Assembly: GCA_038316435.1 (NCBI GenBank)
Contig: JBBQAQ010000005.1
Coordinates: 52,957-116,956 of the forward strand
Direction of reading: 5' to 3'
Source of the DNA: Bacteroidales bacterium
GTDB taxonomy: Bacteria > Bacteroidota > Bacteroidia > Bacteroidales > GCA-2748055
DNA length: 64,000 nucleotides
Both the position numbers and the translations under genes were made by a program. Positions 20,536 to 29,133 of the stretch are shown in pieces. The notes beneath the pieces are model-generated. The model made no database searches and was not told the origin of the DNA. It worked only from the letters and a program-made list of their open reading frames with translations. How positions within the stretch are numbered: position 1 is the stretch's first letter; every line of letters starts with the position of its first letter.

Positions 20536-22485
20536 CTAATTCCCATTAAGGTCTTCAATTTGTTCGTAATCCTGTATTGTTAAAAAAGAATATTGGTAGC
20601 TCATTGGTATAATGGAATTATAATCGGCAACAGTTGCGCCAGATAAACAAGCATCAATAAGCTTTCTACCAGTAAGGGATAATTCTGGTGACAAGTATTT
20701 AGGCAATTCCTTTTTAAAGAAATTATATAAAATTTGTGAACCTGCATCATATCCTTCAATTCCAACTTCATTTTGCTTATGAACCTGTAGAAACCGGGAT
20801 GGTATTTTTGCTCCTTCGATTGTAAGGTAATTTAATTCATAACCTAGTAGCGGACATCTTGCATCCTGATATTGATCACTTCGTAATTTAGCATTTCCTC
20901 TTCTAGTAAGATATTCTCGCATTAATAACTGAGGTTTGAAGCCAACCTTCCAAACACCAATATGCTGGTTAGGAACTAAAGTATATCTCATTCTTGGGGT
21001 TTGAATTATCTGTTCCAGCAGCATATTTGCGTGTGGCACCATTTTCCCGGTAGCAAATGGCCAATAAGAACCAACCCCTTCCGATTCCATTCCTTCGCCA
21101 CTAATAATGCTTGGATTAGCATAGCCCCTGGGTGAAACAAGTCGCCACAACCAAGCCAGTGAAGGAGGCAAAATATGAAACAAACCAATTATTCCATAAT
21201 TAGGACTGTCGCAAGAGCTAGGAGGAGTGCGAACTCCAAAACTTCTAACATCAATAGTTACAGGCTTATTAATAACTCCCGGTACAATGTCTCTTGGTAA
21301 GATCACTCTGGGGTTAGGACAGGTTTTTCCGGGCGAATCTTCAATATGATCCCAAATAAGTGCAGTACAACCAGGGTTTGATTTAATATTCAGAAACAAT
21401 AATGGCCTTTCAGGTTTAATTGTAATTTTTTCAAGGAATGGGTCATCTCCATAATCATTAATACTATCAACTCTTATAAACCAGGAATTCTCGGCATCCA
21501 GAACAGAAAGTTTTCCGTTATCTTTCTGTACAGAAGGATGGCATAGTGCCATATCATCAGTTACCGGATTGAAAGAACAGAATAAGGGGAGATTGATATA
21601 TCTATTTTCACTTGTTATAATGTTTTGTCCAATTAAAATTTGTCCTGTAGGTTCCCTTACGATATGCTGATGCATTTCACTTTTTCCTCCACCACTTGCT
21701 CCTTCATGCATAAATGTTGTGATATTGTCATAGGGGCTTACAACCTGAACAGTAGAACAATGCGCAGTAATCCAGCCTTCTTTCTCACCCTTTGATAATA
21801 ATGCACCATAGAGCCCTTTTTTCGCACTAGGTCCGGGATAAAGATTATATGCATAAATTTCATGCAATTTTTCCAATCTGTTGTGCACAACTACTTGCTT
21901 GCCTTTAAAATGAGTGTGGCGAAACGTAGGTGCAACATAGATGACAGTATCAATAGTAGCATTTTCAATTAGATCATTTACAGGGACAATGGCTTGCAAC
22001 ATCGCTAATCCCATCGCAAAAAACCCAGCATTTGCCGGAACAATTGCTAAGCCAGAAACGCCAATTTTATCTCTTCCTGCAAAATAGAAAAAGCACGCCA
22101 ACTCCTGATCCTTTAACCAATCAAAAGTTTCTGTTTTAAGGGATTGAAAATCATAACCAAAGCTATCTTTAAATCTCTTTTTATCAGTTGGTAACTCATC
22201 AGCTATGAACATGGTATCCGGGTCACGACGACGCATATACGGTTCAACATAATTAGCTGATATACCATTGGTTACTTTGTGTACAATTGCTTCAGTAATT
22301 TCCCCTTTCCCAGGGATATCATATTTAACTTCAAATTCATTCGCACCTAATCCACCCACAGCTGCAATTGCCAAATGTTCGACGGAATCGAAAATGCTAA
22401 ATTTTTTACACGTGGTTAGCAGTGTTAATGCGCCTTCAGGTATCGTTATTTTCTTCTGTTCAAGAACTTTTAAGAAGTCTTTCAT
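20536..22485 (-). CDS. DUF4914-family protein with PEPCK-like motifs
   Basis: YMRRRDPD, YPGPSAKKG, AHCS, HEGASGGGKSEM, TDDMA, AENSWF, CPNPR. Confidence 0.85.
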   Translation of the reverse strand: MKDFLKVLEQKKITIPEGALTLLTTCKKFSIFDSVEHLAIAAVGGLGANEFEVKYDIPGKGEITEAIVHKVTNGISANYVEPYMRRRDPDTMFIADELPTDKKRFKDSFGYDFQSLKTETFDWLKDQELACFFYFAGRDKIGVSGLAIVPANAGFFAMGLAMLQAIVPVNDLIENATIDTVIYVAPTFRHTHFKGKQVVVHNRLEKLHEIYAYNLYPGPSAKKGLYGALLSKGEKEGWITAHCSTVQVVSPYDNITTFMHEGASGGGKSEMHQHIVREPTGQILIGQNIITSENRYINLPLFCSFNPVTDDMALCHPSVQKDNGKLSVLDAENSWFIRVDSINDYGDDPFLEKITIKPERPLLFLNIKSNPGCTALIWDHIEDSPGKTCPNPRVILPRDIVPGVINKPVTIDVRSFGVRTPPSSCDSPNYGIIGLFHILPPSLAWLWRLVSPRGYANPSIISGEGMESEGVGSYWPFATGKMVPHANMLLEQIIQTPRMRYTLVPNQHIGVWKVGFKPQLLMREYLTRRGNAKLRSDQYQDARCPLLGYELNYLTIEGAKIPSRFLQVHKQNEVGIEGYDAGSQILYNFFKKELPKYLSPELSLTGRKLIDACLSGATVADYNSIIPMSYQYSFLTIQDYEQIEDLNGN

Positions 22486-22569
22486 TTTTTTTATTTGGGA
22501 GATATAGTGTTAACATAAAAACTGGCTTAAAAAATCTGCCACTTAAATTTTTATGTTATTTATTTCACA

Positions 22570-22577
22570 CAAATATA
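22570..22577 (-). promoter_or_regulatory. Sigma-A -7 box (TATATTTG) for the DUF4914 gene
   Basis: Exact TAnnTTTG just downstream of the ppdK terminator. Confidence 0.5.
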
Positions 22578-22599
22578 ATGAATTTATGTTAAACGACAT

Positions 22600-22631
22600 A
22601 AAAAAGGCGGTGAATTAGAAAATTCACCGCC
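22600..22631 (-). terminator. Intrinsic terminator after ppdK
   Basis: Perfect 11-bp stem GGCGGTGAATT/AATTCACCGCC, 4-nt loop, U-tract on the minus strand. Confidence 0.85.
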
Positions 22632-22681
22632 AATTATTTCAGATTTGATTTCGTCACATTTTCATGTGAATCGCCTCATGA

Positions 22682-25408
22682 TTATTTATTATTAATCGCA
22701 GCCTGAGCAGCAGCCAATCTTGCGATTGGTACACGGAATGGCGAGCAGCTAACATAGTTCATTCCTACCATATGGCAGAACTCAACTGAACTAGGCTCAC
22801 CTCCATGTTCGCCACAGATACCCACTTTTAATTTGGGATTTACGCTACGGCCTTTTTTAGTTGCCATTTCAACGAGCTGACCAACACCTTCGCGATCGAG
22901 AATCTGGAAAGGATCGTTTTTCAGAAGTCCTTTTTGCAGATAAACTGGAAGGAATTTTCCTGCATCATCTCTGGAATAACCAAAAGTCATCTGAGTAAGG
23001 TCATTTGTACCGAAAGAGAAGAATTCAGCTTTTCCTGCGATCAAATCAGCAGTTAAGGCAGCTCTTGGAATTTCGATCATTGTACCAACCAGATATTCAA
23101 CTTTTTGTCCGGTTTCAGCAAAAACTTTTTCAGCAGTTTCTCTGATGATTTTTTCCTGAAGTTCGTATTCCTTAAGTGTTCCGATAAGTGGAACCATGAT
23201 TTCAGGAATAGTTTCGATACCTTTTTTCTTAAGGTTGATAGCAGCTTCGATAATTGCTCTTGCCTGCATCTCGGTGATTTCAGGATATGTATTTCCTAAA
23301 CGGCAACCTCTGTGTCCAAGCATTGGGTTAAATTCAGCAAGGTCATCAACTTTTTGCTTCACTTCTTCAACCGTAATACCGAGTTCTTTGGCCATTATTT
23401 TCTGATTTTCTTCTTCGTGAGGAACAAACTCATGAAGTGGTGGATCAAGCAAGCGAACAGTAACTGGTAAGCCTTTCATAGCTTCGAAGATACCTTCAAA
23501 GTCGGCTCTTTGAATTGGAAGAAGTTTAACAAGTGCTTTTCTTCTACCTGCTTCATCAGATGCAAGAATCATTTCACGCATTGGTTTAATCCTGTCGCCT
23601 TCAAAGAACATGTGTTCTGTGCGGCAAAGGCCAATTCCCTGAGCACCAAAGCCTCTTGCAACAATTGAATCGTGGGGAGTATCAGCATTTGTACGAACTT
23701 TCATAGTAGCATACTTATCAGCTAATATCATCAGTTCGCCGAAATCTCCAGACATTTCAGGATCGATAGTCGCAATTTTACCTTCATAAACTTCACCTGT
23801 TGAACCGTTTAAGGAAATCCAGTCGCCTTCTTTAAGTGTTTTACCATCACAAACCATTGTTCTGGTTTTGTAATTGATTTTTACAGCTCCTGCTCCTGAA
23901 ACACAGCATTTTCCCATCCCTCTTGCAACTACTGCTGCATGAGATGTCATACCACCTCTTGCGGTAAGAATACCTTGTGCAAGGTTCATTCCTTTTAAAT
24001 CTTCAGGGGATGTTTCGATACGCACAAGTACAACTTTTTCACCTTTTGAAGAGAAGTTTTCAACTTCATCGGCAAAGAAAACAATTTTACCTGTTGCGGC
24101 ACCTGGAGAAGCAGGCAATCCTTTAGCCAAAACTGTAGCATTTTTGATGGCTGATTCTTCGAAAACCGGGTGAAGTAATTCATCAAGTTTACCAGCTTCG
24201 CAACGATTGAGAGCTTTTTTCTCATCAATGATGCCATCTCTGAGCATATCCATTGCAATTTTTACCATTGCAGCTCCGGTACGTTTTCCATTGCGGGTTT
24301 GAAGAAGCCAAAGCATACCATCCTGCATGGTAAACTCCATATCCTGCATGTCGCTGTAATGTACTTCAAGTTTATGTTGTGTTTCAAAAAGTTCTTTATA
24401 TACATCAGGCATTATCTCTTCGAGTGAAGGGAATTTCGATGCTCTTTCACTTTCAGAAACCATTGCTAATGCGGCCCAACGAAGTGAACCTTCTTTTGTA
24501 ATTTGCTGAGGAGTTCTGATACCAGCAACAACATCTTCACCCTGTGCATTAATAAGGTATTCGCCGTTGAAAATATTTTCTCCGGTTGATGCATCTCTGG
24601 AAAAGCAAACACCTGTACCTGAAGCATTTCCCATGTTTCCAAAAACCATGGCTTGAACAGTTACAGCGGTTCCCCATTCCTCGGGAATATTATTCAATGA
24701 GCGATAGTAAATAGCTCTTTCATTCATCCAACTGTCAAAAACTGCACAAACAGCACCCCATAATTGTTCCCATGGATTTGATGGGAAGTCTTTTCCTGTT
24801 TGCTTTTTAACTGCAGCTTTGAATAATTTTACAAGTTCTTTTAGATCATCAACAGACAGGTCCGTGTCGTCTTCAACACCTTTCTGCTCTTTCATGTGAT
24901 CAATAATTTCTTCAAAAGGATCCGGATCTTCTTTGGATACCGGTTTCATTCCCAATACAACATCTCCATACATTTGTACAAATCGTCTGTACGAATCCCA
25001 TGCAAAACGTCCGTTTCCTGTTTTCAGAACAAGACCCTCAACAGCATCATCATTCATCCCAAGGTTAAGAACTGTATCCATCATACCTGGCATAGAAGCA
25101 CGAGCTCCGGAGCGAACAGAAACAAGGCAGGGATTTTCGTTGCTGCCGAATTTTGTACCCATGATGCTTTCAATATTTCTAACAGCTGCTTCAACTTCAG
25201 CTTTGATCAGTTCAACAACTTTAGTCTGACCAAGTTTGTTATATTCTGCACAAACTTCAGTGGTAATTGTAAATCCCGGAGGAACCGGAACGCCAATAAG
25301 GTTCATTTCAGCAAGATTTGCACCTTTACCACCAAGCAGATTCTTCATGTCAGCTTTACCTTCAGCTTTCTTGTTTCCAAAGGTATAGACGCGTTTCACT
25401 TGTGACAT
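22682..25408 (-). CDS. ppdK: Pyruvate phosphate dikinase
   Basis: LLGGKGANLAEM, GGMTSHAAVVARG (phospho-His), GLCRTEHMF, FSFGTNDLTQ, ICGEHGG. Confidence 0.98.
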   Translation of the reverse strand: MSQVKRVYTFGNKKAEGKADMKNLLGGKGANLAEMNLIGVPVPPGFTITTEVCAEYNKLGQTKVVELIKAEVEAAVRNIESIMGTKFGSNENPCLVSVRSGARASMPGMMDTVLNLGMNDDAVEGLVLKTGNGRFAWDSYRRFVQMYGDVVLGMKPVSKEDPDPFEEIIDHMKEQKGVEDDTDLSVDDLKELVKLFKAAVKKQTGKDFPSNPWEQLWGAVCAVFDSWMNERAIYYRSLNNIPEEWGTAVTVQAMVFGNMGNASGTGVCFSRDASTGENIFNGEYLINAQGEDVVAGIRTPQQITKEGSLRWAALAMVSESERASKFPSLEEIMPDVYKELFETQHKLEVHYSDMQDMEFTMQDGMLWLLQTRNGKRTGAAMVKIAMDMLRDGIIDEKKALNRCEAGKLDELLHPVFEESAIKNATVLAKGLPASPGAATGKIVFFADEVENFSSKGEKVVLVRIETSPEDLKGMNLAQGILTARGGMTSHAAVVARGMGKCCVSGAGAVKINYKTRTMVCDGKTLKEGDWISLNGSTGEVYEGKIATIDPEMSGDFGELMILADKYATMKVRTNADTPHDSIVARGFGAQGIGLCRTEHMFFEGDRIKPMREMILASDEAGRRKALVKLLPIQRADFEGIFEAMKGLPVTVRLLDPPLHEFVPHEEENQKIMAKELGITVEEVKQKVDDLAEFNPMLGHRGCRLGNTYPEITEMQARAIIEAAINLKKKGIETIPEIMVPLIGTLKEYELQEKIIRETAEKVFAETGQKVEYLVGTMIEIPRAALTADLIAGKAEFFSFGTNDLTQMTFGYSRDDAGKFLPVYLQKGLLKNDPFQILDREGVGQLVEMATKKGRSVNPKLKVGICGEHGGEPSSVEFCHMVGMNYVSCSPFRVPIARLAAAQAAINNK

Positions 25409-25466
25409 TTTTTTATCCTTTCTTTTGAGTTAATTATAAAAACAAGCCTAATTTTTTTTAAGAGAA

Positions 25467-25474
25467 CAAAGGTA
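25467..25474 (-). promoter_or_regulatory. Sigma-A -7 box (TACCTTTG) for ppdK
   Basis: Exact TAnnTTTG upstream of the ATG. Confidence 0.5.
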
Positions 25475-25527
25475 TTCAAAAATTCCTTAAAATAATTCTA
25501 AATTAGTTTTTGTTATATAGTCAAAAA

Positions 25528-26430
25528 TCAATGCGACCGTGGATGATAACTTATAATGGTATTCCGCAAGTACTCCCTGTCCAGATGAGTATAGATCTCA
25601 GTTGTAAGAATGCTTTCGTGCCCAAGCATCTCCTGAACTGCCCGAAGATCAGCTCCTCCCTCGATAAGATGGGTAGCGAATGAATGCCTGAAAGTATGCG
25701 GACTTACATGTTTTTTAAGTCCAGTATTTTTAGCAAGAGTTTTAATTATTGTAAAAATCATAACCCGGGTAAGCTTTTTTCCGCGCCGGTTTAGAAAAAG
25801 AATATCCTGGCTGTCTTTTTGAATTGTATCGAGGGAGTTTCTGTATGGCATATACTTATTGATTTCGCGAATAGCCTTCCCCCCAATTGGAACGAGCCTT
25901 TCCTTATTACCTTTTCCAATTACTCTGATAAAACCTTTATCGAGATAAATATTTGAAATCTTTAGATCAGTTAGTTCACTTACACGAAGACCACAACTGT
26001 ACAATACCTCGATAATCGCAAGATTACGATGTCCCTCAGGTTTACTTAGATCGATGCCTGAAAGCAAGGAGTCAATTTCCTCAATACTAAGCACATCAGG
26101 CAGTTTACGTCCAATCTTAGGTGTTTCAAGGAGTTCTGTCGGATCGCTAGAAATTTTTTCTTCAATTAGTAGAAAATGGTAAAATGCTTTTATGCCCGAA
26201 ACAACTCTGGCTTGTGTTCTGGCACTTGCCCCGAGTTCATTTATCCATTCCAAAAGTCCGGTAAGATGATCAGGGTTTATTTGTTCAGGGTTAAGATCAA
26301 GTGATTTGAACTCCAGATATTGAATAAGTTTGGAAATATCAGCAGTATAAGCCTCTACCGAGTTTTTGGATAAGGACTTTTCAAGTTTCAGGAAAATTCT
26401 GAAATCCTTCAGATAATCGCTCCATTCCAT
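25528..26430 (-). CDS. xerD: Site-specific tyrosine recombinase XerD
   Basis: GLRVSEL, GKGNKERLVP, SPHTFRHSFATH, QEMLGH, TEIYTH, HPR C-terminus. Confidence 0.9.
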   Translation of the reverse strand: MEWSDYLKDFRIFLKLEKSLSKNSVEAYTADISKLIQYLEFKSLDLNPEQINPDHLTGLLEWINELGASARTQARVVSGIKAFYHFLLIEEKISSDPTELLETPKIGRKLPDVLSIEEIDSLLSGIDLSKPEGHRNLAIIEVLYSCGLRVSELTDLKISNIYLDKGFIRVIGKGNKERLVPIGGKAIREINKYMPYRNSLDTIQKDSQDILFLNRRGKKLTRVMIFTIIKTLAKNTGLKKHVSPHTFRHSFATHLIEGGADLRAVQEMLGHESILTTEIYTHLDREYLRNTIISYHPRSH

Positions 26431-26480
26431 ATTATCAGAAACTTTTTTTTGTTAGGGAAAAGACTTAAACTTGTTTTGAA

Positions 26481-26488
26481 TATATTTG
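26481..26488 (+). promoter_or_regulatory. Sigma-A -7 box (TATATTTG) for pyk
   Basis: Exact match inside the spurious 5' extension of the ORF, supporting ATG 26572. Confidence 0.5.
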
Positions 26489-26571
26489 CAGCTTTTTTAT
26501 TGAAATCATTTTCACAATTATTAGTCCCCGTAAACTTAAGATATTATTCAGAATTTCAACATATTATCAAA

Positions 26572-28011
26572 ATGAAAAGGAAAACCAAAATTATTGCAAC
26601 AATATCCGATTTAAACTGCGAAGTTGAGTTTATTACCCGCTTATTCAAAGCTGGTATGGATGTTGTTAGATTGAACACCGCTCACCAAACCCCCGAAGAT
26701 ACTCTTCGAATAATTGACAATGTAAGAAAAGTTTCAGATAAAATTGCGCTGCTTTTGGATACGAAAGGACCTGAACTTCGAATCACTAAAGCAGAAGGCG
26801 AAATCCAAGTTAAAACAGGCGATTTAATTAAAGTTTCCGGGAGTTCAACAGGAATAACAACTAAAGAAATGGTTTTTGTGAATTATGACAAATTCACAGA
26901 TTCTATGAAAAAAACTGATTGCATTTTAATTGACGACGGACAGCTGGAACTTGAAGTCATTGACCAAATTGGAACCTATCTCGTTTGCAAAGCATTAAAT
27001 AATGGCTTAATTAAAGGTAAAAAATCAGTGAACGTTCCCGGAGTAAGTTTCAGTTTACCAAGTGTTACACAAAAAGATAAGGAGTATATAGAATTTGCAG
27101 CGAAACACGGACTAGATTTTATTGCCCATTCATTTGTAAGAAATAAAGAAGACGTTCAGGAAGTACAGGGATTATTGGATCATTTTAAAAGCGATATTAA
27201 AATCATTGCTAAGATTGAGAATCAGGAAGGAGTGGCAAACATCGACGAAATTCTTGATAATGTATATGGAATTATGGTTGCCCGTGGCGATTTAGCCATT
27301 GAAATACCTTATGAAAAAATCCCCGGTATACAAAAAATGATCGTTAATAAATGCATTGAGCGTAGAAAACCTGTTATTATTGCCACTCAGATGCTTCATT
27401 CCATGATAAGCGAGCCACGTCCAACACGTGCCGAGGTGAGTGATATTGCCAACGCGATTTATAGCAAAACCGATGCAATTATGCTTAGCGGGGAAACTGC
27501 CAGTGGAAAATACCCTGTTGAAGCAGTAGAGACGATGGCAAAAGTTGCAAATGAGGTTGAGAAAAGTCGCAACGATATGCACGATACACCTTCAGTAGTT
27601 TTGAGCACGAACATATCGTCATACCTTACCAGATCAGCTGTAGAGGCAAGTATTAAACTCGATGCCAAAGCAATTATTGCCGATACTACAACAGGTAGGA
27701 CAATTAGGAATATGGCAGGTTTCAGGGGACGAAAACCAATTTACGCAATGTGCTACGACAAAAAAACTGCGCGAGCATTGAATCTGTCTTTCGGCGTTTC
27801 CCCCTCCTATTTCGAACCTCAGGATACTGATGAAATGTTCATTGAGCAAGCCCTTAAAAAACTTCTTAAAAGCAACGAGTTGAAAGAAGATGATATTATC
27901 GTGGTTTTGGGAGGGAATTTTGGAAGGCATCATGGAGCCTCACATATTGAGATTTCAAGCGTTTCTAATCTGTCTCAGAAAATTAAGAAACTACCAGGGA
28001 AAACGGTCTAG
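26572..28011 (+). CDS. pyk: Pyruvate kinase
   Basis: KTKIIAT, LDTKGPE, IIAKIEN, MVARGDL, ATQML, PTRAEVSD, MLSGET. Confidence 0.97.
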   Translation: MKRKTKIIATISDLNCEVEFITRLFKAGMDVVRLNTAHQTPEDTLRIIDNVRKVSDKIALLLDTKGPELRITKAEGEIQVKTGDLIKVSGSSTGITTKEMVFVNYDKFTDSMKKTDCILIDDGQLELEVIDQIGTYLVCKALNNGLIKGKKSVNVPGVSFSLPSVTQKDKEYIEFAAKHGLDFIAHSFVRNKEDVQEVQGLLDHFKSDIKIIAKIENQEGVANIDEILDNVYGIMVARGDLAIEIPYEKIPGIQKMIVNKCIERRKPVIIATQMLHSMISEPRPTRAEVSDIANAIYSKTDAIMLSGETASGKYPVEAVETMAKVANEVEKSRNDMHDTPSVVLSTNISSYLTRSAVEASIKLDAKAIIADTTTGRTIRNMAGFRGRKPIYAMCYDKKTARALNLSFGVSPSYFEPQDTDEMFIEQALKKLLKSNELKEDDIIVVLGGNFGRHHGASHIEISSVSNLSQKIKKLPGKTV

Positions 28012-28575
28012 CATAAGAACCAGTGATACTCCCATAGCGGCTCCCGACCAAATTAATATCCATTCACGGCGTTTACCACCTGACACATCTATTGCCAGTA
28101 AGGATAATGCAATGATGCCTATTATTATCATTAGTTGACCTATTTCAATACCTATATTAAATGCAAAAAGTGGCCCGATAAGGTTACTTTCCTTGCCTAA
28201 CAAACTCTTCAGGTAATTTGAAAAACCCAGTCCGTGGATTAACCCAAAAAACAGGCCAGCTAAATATTTGAATTTGTGAAGATTACTAATAAAGTTTTCC
28301 AACTTCTGAAAAAGATTTGCAAAGGCTGAAAGAAAAATTGTTGATGGAATTAAAAACTCTATTATTCCAGTCTCAAATCTGATTAAATTCAAAGTTGCGA
28401 GAGCAAGTGTTAAACTATGTCCAATTGTAAAAGCAGTTATGAGTATCAGAATTTTCCTCCAGTGTTTTATCGGATAAACAACACATAAAGAAATTACGAA
28501 AAGTATATGATCATAGCTTTGAAAATCGGCTATATGCTCAATGCCAAGTTTCAGATACATTTGAAATACTGACAT
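27991..28575 (-). CDS. HupE/UreJ-family membrane protein
   Basis: GIEHI, DHILF, AFTIGHSLTL, FGLIHGLGF, FNIGIEIGQ. Confidence 0.9.
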   Translation of the reverse strand: MSVFQMYLKLGIEHIADFQSYDHILFVISLCVVYPIKHWRKILILITAFTIGHSLTLALATLNLIRFETGIIEFLIPSTIFLSAFANLFQKLENFISNLHKFKYLAGLFFGLIHGLGFSNYLKSLLGKESNLIGPLFAFNIGIEIGQLMIIIGIIALSLLAIDVSGGKRREWILIWSGAAMGVSLVLMLDRFPW

Positions 28576-28634
28576 GCAATGATTTTATCTACAAAGTAAG
28601 GAATTTATTGTAATTTTGCATCCAAATATCATTT

Positions 28635-29132
28635 GTGAATAATTTATTGATTAACCTGTTCGTTTTCCTTATCGGGATTTGGAGTCCGGCCATGCATCCT
28701 GTTCATGTTTCAGTATGTAATATGGAAATGGATGATATTGAAAATATTGTTTCATTTAAATTGTTTAAGGATGATTTTGCTCTGGTCCTTAAGAACAAGT
28801 ATCAGACTGATGTTTCAATGGAAAAGGCAGATGATAAAGCGAATAGTACACTGATCTCAAATTACATAAACTCCTGCTTTCAGCTAGAAGTGAACAAAAG
28901 CAGAATGCTGGCGTTAAAATATAAAAGCTCAGAAATCAATGAAGACGCTGTTTGGATACATTTTCAGACTGAAAAATTAGGAAATGCTACCCAACTTCAA
29001 ATTACTAATACCTTGATGCTGGATTTATGGGATAATCAAACTAACCTTCTGATTTTAAAATGGAAAGAAAAAGAAATCGGGTGCAAATTTGATGCAGATA
29101 TAACGGTTACCGAAATTGATTTAAATAAATAA
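28635..29132 (+). CDS. DUF6702-like exported protein
   Basis: Signal peptide then HPVHVSV, FKDD and QTNL motifs; TAATTTTG box at 28611-28618. Confidence 0.7.
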   Translation: MNNLLINLFVFLIGIWSPAMHPVHVSVCNMEMDDIENIVSFKLFKDDFALVLKNKYQTDVSMEKADDKANSTLISNYINSCFQLEVNKSRMLALKYKSSEINEDAVWIHFQTEKLGNATQLQITNTLMLDLWDNQTNLLILKWKEKEIGCKFDADITVTEIDLNK

Positions 29133-29133
29133 G

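Noticed and set aside
24896-25405. 169-aa plus-strand ORF
   Set aside because: Antisense shadow of ppdK with no recognisable motifs
25528-26430. Tyrosine recombinase as an island integrase or the driver of the toxin cassette array
   Set aside because: Typical ~300-aa housekeeping XerD among core genes, 10 kb from the island, with no att sites, no integron-integrase insert and no cargo
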